Below, piece after piece: positions 59,366 through 64,000 of a stretch of 64,000 nucleotides of DNA. The stretch spans positions 2,304,001-2,368,000 of the forward strand of contig JBKAGP010000001.1 of NCBI GenBank assembly GCA_046290465.1. Direction: 5' to 3'. Under the pieces are notes generated by a model. The model saw only the letters and a program-made list of their open reading frames with translations. It ran no database searches and had not been told where the DNA came from. The stretch's first letter is position 1, and each line of letters starts with the position of its first letter. The position numbers and the translations under genes are program-made. Origin of the DNA: Planctomycetota bacterium. Its GTDB lineage: Bacteria; Planctomycetota; UBA1135; UBA2386.

Positions 59366-59446
59366 AACAGTCTCCCGGGCGCATGCCCAGATGCCGGCCT
59401 CGCGGCCGACTCGGTTGCACAACGAGCCAGGGCGTCGCCGCCGCGG

Positions 59447-60109
59447 CTAGTTGTTGAAGGTTCCCATCAGGGATTGCAGGCTCTCCCCGTCCAACCACTG
59501 CTGTGTGCAGTCGGCGGCGCGAGCCAGGACACGACCGAGAACCTCCTGTTCCTCCGGGAGGAAGGGAGCCAGGACGAAGTCGGGCCAGTCGCGTCCACGC
59601 AGGACGGCGGCCTTGCTTCGACCTTCGGAACCACCATCGGGATCATCCGAGGCGGGCGGTCCGATACCGAGACGGAGACGGGGGTATGCGTCCGTGCCGA
59701 GCAGTTGCTGGACGGATTTGAGGCCGTTGTGGCCCCCTGCACTTCCCGACGGCCGGAGTCGCATCCGGCCCAGCGGTAGGTTCAGGTCATCGACGATTAC
59801 AAAGAGCGCGTCCGGCGAACGCTTGCTGTACCGCAGCAGCGGCGCAGCGACGTCTCCGGTCAGGTTGACGTAGGTCTGCGGTTTGGCGAGCAGGAACGAA
59901 CGTCCCTTGCGGCGCCCTTCGCAGACCTGCGCCTTCACCTTTCCCGAGAACCGCTTCGAGCCGTCCGGCCCCTGGCGTTCGAGTCTGGTGAAGGAGAGCC
60001 CCAGCCGTTCCGCCAGCAGGTCCAGCACCATGAACCCGACGTTGTGCCGGGTGGAGTCGTATTCGGAACCGGGGTTGCCGATGCCGATCGCGATCCGATG
60101 CCAACCCAT
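59447..60109 (-). CDS. pth: Peptidyl-tRNA hydrolase
   Basis: GIGNPG, TRHNVGF, KPQTYVN, DDL and GGHNGL. Confidence 0.95.
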   Translation of the reverse strand: MGWHRIAIGIGNPGSEYDSTRHNVGFMVLDLLAERLGLSFTRLERQGPDGSKRFSGKVKAQVCEGRRKGRSFLLAKPQTYVNLTGDVAAPLLRYSKRSPDALFVIVDDLNLPLGRMRLRPSGSAGGHNGLKSVQQLLGTDAYPRLRLGIGPPASDDPDGGSEGRSKAAVLRGRDWPDFVLAPFLPEEQEVLGRVLARAADCTQQWLDGESLQSLMGTFNN

Positions 60110-60195
60110 GACGGTGTTGGAGGGGCGAGAAGGTTACGCAGCCGGGGCGAGCCGGGCAAGGCCCACCCACCCCGAAGCGCGACCTTCGCTGGCCA

Positions 60196-60744
60196 TCACT
60201 TGCCGCCGGTGCAGCGGCAGATGTAGAGGTCCTCGGGCACGCCGAGCGTGACCCCCTCGGGGAGCTTCAGGTCCTTGGCGCGGATCGCCTGGCCGGCGTC
60301 GAGCTTGCTGATGTCGATCTCGAGGCCTTCCGGGACATCCTTCGGCAGCGCCGAGATGGTGATCACCAGATTGTCCTTGATCAGCGCGCCGCCCTTCGAG
60401 AGGCCGGCCGCGTGGCCCAGCAGCGAGACCTCGACCTGGGTCTTCCAGGGCTTGTCGAGGTCGATGCGCAGGAAGTCCGCGTGCAGCGGACGGTCGGTCG
60501 TGGCCTTCCACTCGACGTCCTGCAGCCAGGCCGACTCGGTCTGGCCGTCGATCTCGAGGCTGTAGACCTTGTGGTGCTTCTGGATGTGCTGGTCCAGCTC
60601 CCACTCGGAGATCTGGATCGACACCGGCTCCTTGCCTTCGCCGCCGTAGACGACGGCCGGCATCCAGCCTTCTTCACGGAGCTTCTTGATCTGGTTACGT
60701 CCGAGGGCGCTACGGCGCTCGGCCTTCAGGCGTGCGACTTCCAT
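60196..60744 (-). CDS. rplY: 50S ribosomal protein L25/Ctc
   Basis: PAVVYG and HADF. AGAGGT RBS. Confidence 0.93.
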   Translation of the reverse strand: MEVARLKAERRSALGRNQIKKLREEGWMPAVVYGGEGKEPVSIQISEWELDQHIQKHHKVYSLEIDGQTESAWLQDVEWKATTDRPLHADFLRIDLDKPWKTQVEVSLLGHAAGLSKGGALIKDNLVITISALPKDVPEGLEIDISKLDAGQAIRAKDLKLPEGVTLGVPEDLYICRCTGGK

Positions 60745-60809
60745 CGAGGAATACCTCTACTCTGGTCGGTTGGGTCTACGGAAAACGGGAAAGGGTGCGG
60801 CGTGGGCGC

Positions 60810-61763
60810 CTACCGTTCGGACTCGAACAGCTTGCTGACGCTCTCGCTGCGGTGGATGCGGTCGATCGCACGCGCGAGCAGCTGGGCCATCGAGCAGGTC
60901 TCGAGGTTCTTCAGCTTCTTCTCGGGCAGCGGGATCGTGTCGGCGAACAGGATCTTCTCGACGTCGGCGTTGTTGAGGCGCTCGACGGCATTGCCGGCCA
61001 GCACGCCGTGCGTCGCGACCAGGAACACCTTGTTGGCGCCCTTCTCCTTGACGATGCGCGCGGCGTCGACGATCGAGCCGCCGGTCGAGACCATGTCGTC
61101 GACCAGCACGATGTCGTGGCCCTCGACCTCACCGATCATGTTCTCGATGACGGTCTGCTCGCCGCTGATGCGGCGCTTGTCGATGATCGCCAGGTCGCAC
61201 TCGAGGTCCTTGGCGTAGGCCCGCGCGAGCTTGGTGCCGCCGATGTCCGGCGAGACGATCTTGATGTTCTCGGCGCCGAGCTGGCGCACGCGCTCGATCA
61301 TCACCGGCCGCGCGAACAGGTGGTCGACCGGGATGTCGAAGAAGCCCTGGATCTGCGCGGCGTGCAGGTCGACCGTGACGACGCGGTCGTAGCCGGCCGA
61401 GACCAGCATGTTGGCGACCAGCTTGGCGTTGATCGGGACGCGGCCCTCGTCCTTGCGGTCCTTGCGGGCGTAGCCGAAGTACGGGATCACCGCGGTGACC
61501 CGGTCGGCCGACGCGCGCCGCAGGCAGTCGGCGAACGACAGCAGCTCGAACAGGTTGTCGTGCACCGGCGGGCAGGTCGGCTGCACCACGAACACGTCGG
61601 CACCGCGCACGTCGCACTCGACCTTGAGGTTGATCTCGCCGTCCGGGAAGCGCGCCAGCGACGCGGCGCCCAGCGGCACCCCCATGAACGAGCAGATGTC
61701 CTGGGCCAGCTTCGGGTGGGCCGTGCCGCTGAACACACGGAGACGTTCGCCGCGCATCCTCAT
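60810..61763 (-). CDS. prs: Ribose-phosphate pyrophosphokinase
   Basis: FPDGE, PYFGYAR, DLHA, VSPDIGG and VDDMVSTGGS. Confidence 0.96.
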   Translation of the reverse strand: MRMRGERLRVFSGTAHPKLAQDICSFMGVPLGAASLARFPDGEINLKVECDVRGADVFVVQPTCPPVHDNLFELLSFADCLRRASADRVTAVIPYFGYARKDRKDEGRVPINAKLVANMLVSAGYDRVVTVDLHAAQIQGFFDIPVDHLFARPVMIERVRQLGAENIKIVSPDIGGTKLARAYAKDLECDLAIIDKRRISGEQTVIENMIGEVEGHDIVLVDDMVSTGGSIVDAARIVKEKGANKVFLVATHGVLAGNAVERLNNADVEKILFADTIPLPEKKLKNLETCSMAQLLARAIDRIHRSESVSKLFESER

Positions 61764-63061
61764 GCCTTCTGATCCTTCTTCGGCGGCAGCTCGCGCTGTC
61801 GCAGGTAACGGGCGGGGACGCCGAGCCACAGCTCCTTCGCCTGGATGTTGGTGCCCGGCTTGACGATGGCGCCCGCCGCAGTCATCGCGTTCTCGCCGAC
61901 CTCGACCGGCGCGCACAGCACCGTGCCGCTGCCGATGAACGCGCCGGCGCCGATCGTGGTCCGATGCTTGTGGACGCCGTCGTAGTTGGCCGTGATCGTG
62001 CCGCAACCGATGTTGGCCCGGGCGCCGACGGTGGCGTCGCCGAGATACGTCAGGTGCTTGGCCTTGGCGCCCTCGCCGAGGTGCGCCTTCTTGGCCTCGA
62101 CGAAGTTGCCGAGCGCGGCGCCGTCCTCGAGCACGGTGCCGCCGCGCAGGTGCGTGAACGGCCCGACCTCGCAGCCCTTGCCGATCCTGCAGCCCGTGCC
62201 GATCACCGTGCCGGGCAGGATCCTGGTGTCGCTGCCGATCTCGACGTCGTGGTCGATCCACGTCGCGCCCGGATCGAGGATCATCACGCCGTTGTCGAGG
62301 TGCTCCAGCAGGATGCGCTCCTGCATGATCGACTGCACCACCGCCAGGTCCGCCAGCGAGTTGACGCCCTGCACCTCGGTGATGTCGGTCGCCTCCATCG
62401 TCGGCAGGATTTCGCCCTGCGACACGAAGTCGGCGATCACGTCGGTCAGGTAGTACTCACCCTGCGCGTTGTTGGGCTGCAGGTTGGCGAGCGCCGGGCG
62501 CAGCTTCTCGCTGTCGAAGCAGTAGAAGCCGCAGTTGGTCTCGTCGATGGCGGCCTCTTCGGCCGAGCAGTCCTTCTGCTCGCGGATCCCGACGAAGTAG
62601 CCGTCGTCGTTGCGCAGAATCCGGCCGAGGCCGGTCGGGTCGTCCGGGTAGGCCGTCAGCGCCGAGCACGCCGCTTCCCCGCGCAGCTCGCGCAGCTCCT
62701 GCAGCGTCGCAGCGGTCATCAGCGGACAGTCGCCGTAGATCACGATCACGTCGCCGACGAAGTCCCTCAGCGGCTCCATGCCGACCTGGACCGCGTGGCC
62801 GGTGCCCTTGGGCGCGCCCTGGTCGACGAACGTCAGGCCGGCGAACCGCCCGGCCAGCGCCCCCTCGAGCGACGCCTGCACCTTCTCCATCTGGTTGTGC
62901 AGCACGACCACGGTGCGGTCGGGCTTCAGCTCCGCGGCGGCGACCAGCGCCGACTCGGCGAGCGTGCGCCCGCACAGCGGCAGCAACACCTTGGGCATGC
63001 TGACCTTGGTGCGCTTGCCCATGCCGGCGGCCAGGCAGATCACAGCGAGCGGTCGCGACAT
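61760..63061 (-). CDS. glmU: Bifunctional UDP-GlcNAc pyrophosphorylase / GlcN-1-P acetyltransferase
   Basis: LAAGMGKR, GTGHA, EYYLTD, hexapeptide repeats and NYDG. Confidence 0.95.
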   Translation of the reverse strand: MSRPLAVICLAAGMGKRTKVSMPKVLLPLCGRTLAESALVAAAELKPDRTVVVLHNQMEKVQASLEGALAGRFAGLTFVDQGAPKGTGHAVQVGMEPLRDFVGDVIVIYGDCPLMTAATLQELRELRGEAACSALTAYPDDPTGLGRILRNDDGYFVGIREQKDCSAEEAAIDETNCGFYCFDSEKLRPALANLQPNNAQGEYYLTDVIADFVSQGEILPTMEATDITEVQGVNSLADLAVVQSIMQERILLEHLDNGVMILDPGATWIDHDVEIGSDTRILPGTVIGTGCRIGKGCEVGPFTHLRGGTVLEDGAALGNFVEAKKAHLGEGAKAKHLTYLGDATVGARANIGCGTITANYDGVHKHRTTIGAGAFIGSGTVLCAPVEVGENAMTAAGAIVKPGTNIQAKELWLGVPARYLRQRELPPKKDQKA

Positions 63062-63105
63062 CGGGGCGGTTCGGAGGAGGATCGGCGAAGAGAAACGGGG
63101 CGAGG

Positions 63106-63134
63106 ATTGTGCGGATCCGCCCCTGGGCGGTCAA
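63106..63134 (-). promoter_or_regulatory. Putative sigma70-type promoter of the glmU operon
   Basis: TTGACC-N17-CACAAT on the minus strand, 44 nt upstream of the glmU ATG. Confidence 0.55.
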
Positions 63135-63269
63135 GACCGGAGAAGGACCGACGGCCCGATCGTCGCCCCTGGCCGCCCCGATCGACGCCCCACGAACCCG
63201 ATCGCGACGCTACGCTGGCTGCGCGCTCCTCCCCCGGGCGCTCGCCACCTGGAACGGAAGGAGATCCAG

Positions 63270-64000
63270 ATGCCCGCACACCATGCCTCGCCCCCGCCCT
63301 CGCGGGTCTCGCCCCCCCTGGTCTCGCCCACGCTGGTCTCGCCCACCCTGGTCTCGCTGATCCTGGTCTCTCTCATCGTGGCGATCGGGAGCGCCGCACT
63401 GCCCGCCCAGTGCGATCCCGACTGGCAACTCGACCACGGCCTGCCCGGCGCCGACGGCCCCGTGCACGCGGCGGTCCGCTGGGATCCCGACGGCCCCGGC
63501 CCGCAGCCCGAACGCGTCGTGTTCGGTGGCGCGTTCTCGTTCGCCGGGCGCGCCGAGGCGGCCAACCTGGTCGCGTGGAACCCCAACACGTCGGAGTGGA
63601 CCGAGCTCGCCGGCGGCGTCGACGGCGAGGTGCGCTGCCTGCTGGTGCTCAGCTCGGGCGAACTCGCCGTGGGCGGCACCTTCACAGCGGTCGGCGGCCA
63701 GCCGGCCGGCAACGTCGCGACCACCGACGGCAGCGGCTGGTCGACGCTCGGCGGCGGCACCGACGGCCTGGTGATGGCGCTGGCCGAGACCGCCTCGGCG
63801 GGGCTCGCGGTCGGCGGCCAGTTCGCGACGGCGGGCGGCGTGCCCGCCGCCAACGTCGCCACCTGGAACGGCACTTCGTTCACAGCGCTAGGCAGCGGCA
63901 TCACCGGCCACGTGCGCGCGCTGCAGCGGACCGGCAACGGCCTGCTCGTCGGCGGCTCGTTCCAGTGGGCCGGCGGCATCCAGACCGGCCCGATCGCGCG
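63270..64000 (+). CDS. Secreted beta-propeller repeat protein (GGxF..AGG..xxW repeats), runs off window
   Basis: Not in the ORF track. AAGGAG RBS, ATG 63270 and a signal peptide. WDPDGPGP and repeated L(A/L)VGGxF..GG..NVA.W.G..W..LG.G units. Confidence 0.85.
   Translation, partial: MPAHHASPPPSRVSPPLVSPTLVSPTLVSLILVSLIVAIGSAALPAQCDPDWQLDHGLPGADGPVHAAVRWDPDGPGPQPERVVFGGAFSFAGRAEAANLVAWNPNTSEWTELAGGVDGEVRCLLVLSSGELAVGGTFTAVGGQPAGNVATTDGSGWSTLGGGTDGLVMALAETASAGLAVGGQFATAGGVPAANVATWNGTSFTALGSGITGHVRALQRTGNGLLVGGSFQWAGGIQTGPIA
63303..63377 (+). repeat. 15-bp tandem repeat x5 in signal peptide (LVSPT to LVSLI)
   Basis: CGGGTCTCGCCCCCC, CTGGTCTCGCCCACG, CTGGTCTCGCCCACC, CTGGTCTCGCTGATC, CTGGTCTCTCTCATC. 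Confidence 0.9.

Overview
Very GC-rich (about 70% by eye) bacterial chromosomal window. Gene content (four Hanks-type Ser/Thr kinases, two with FGE/SUMF1 domains; DUF1579; secreted HEAT-like and beta-propeller proteins; futalosine-pathway mqnB) suggests Planctomycetota, which is an inference. About 53 real CDSs can be separated from many shadow ORFs. They include a patatin-ferredoxin gene divergent from a CoA-ligase-fadI-fadJ operon, an RdgC-like gene pair, a His-rich ORF plus CzcCBA-type efflux operon, rlmD, priA, peptidases, and the housekeeping run glmU-prs-rplY-pth-rpsF-rpsR-rplI-rimO-pgsA-pgpA. Highlights: (1) an HUH/Y1 REP-associated tyrosine transposase bounded by perfect 36-bp inverted repeats, with two ~70-75 bp hairpin derivatives elsewhere that coincide with a truncated gene and a lost stop codon, plus GTAG/GTGG mini-hairpin tandem arrays; (2) a secreted CxxU selenoprotein that the ORF track splits at an in-frame TGA; (3) two receptor-like non-RD kinases about 21 kb apart that share a 678-bp kinase segment with only 3 mismatches but have divergent C-termini; (4) a patatin-[4Fe-4S] fusion; (5) Gln directly after every predicted SPase I signal peptide; (6) recurrent 15-bp tandem repeats and apparent leaderless or bidirectional promoters. 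No rRNA, tRNA or CRISPR array was recognised. All calls come from manual motif reading, not database searches.
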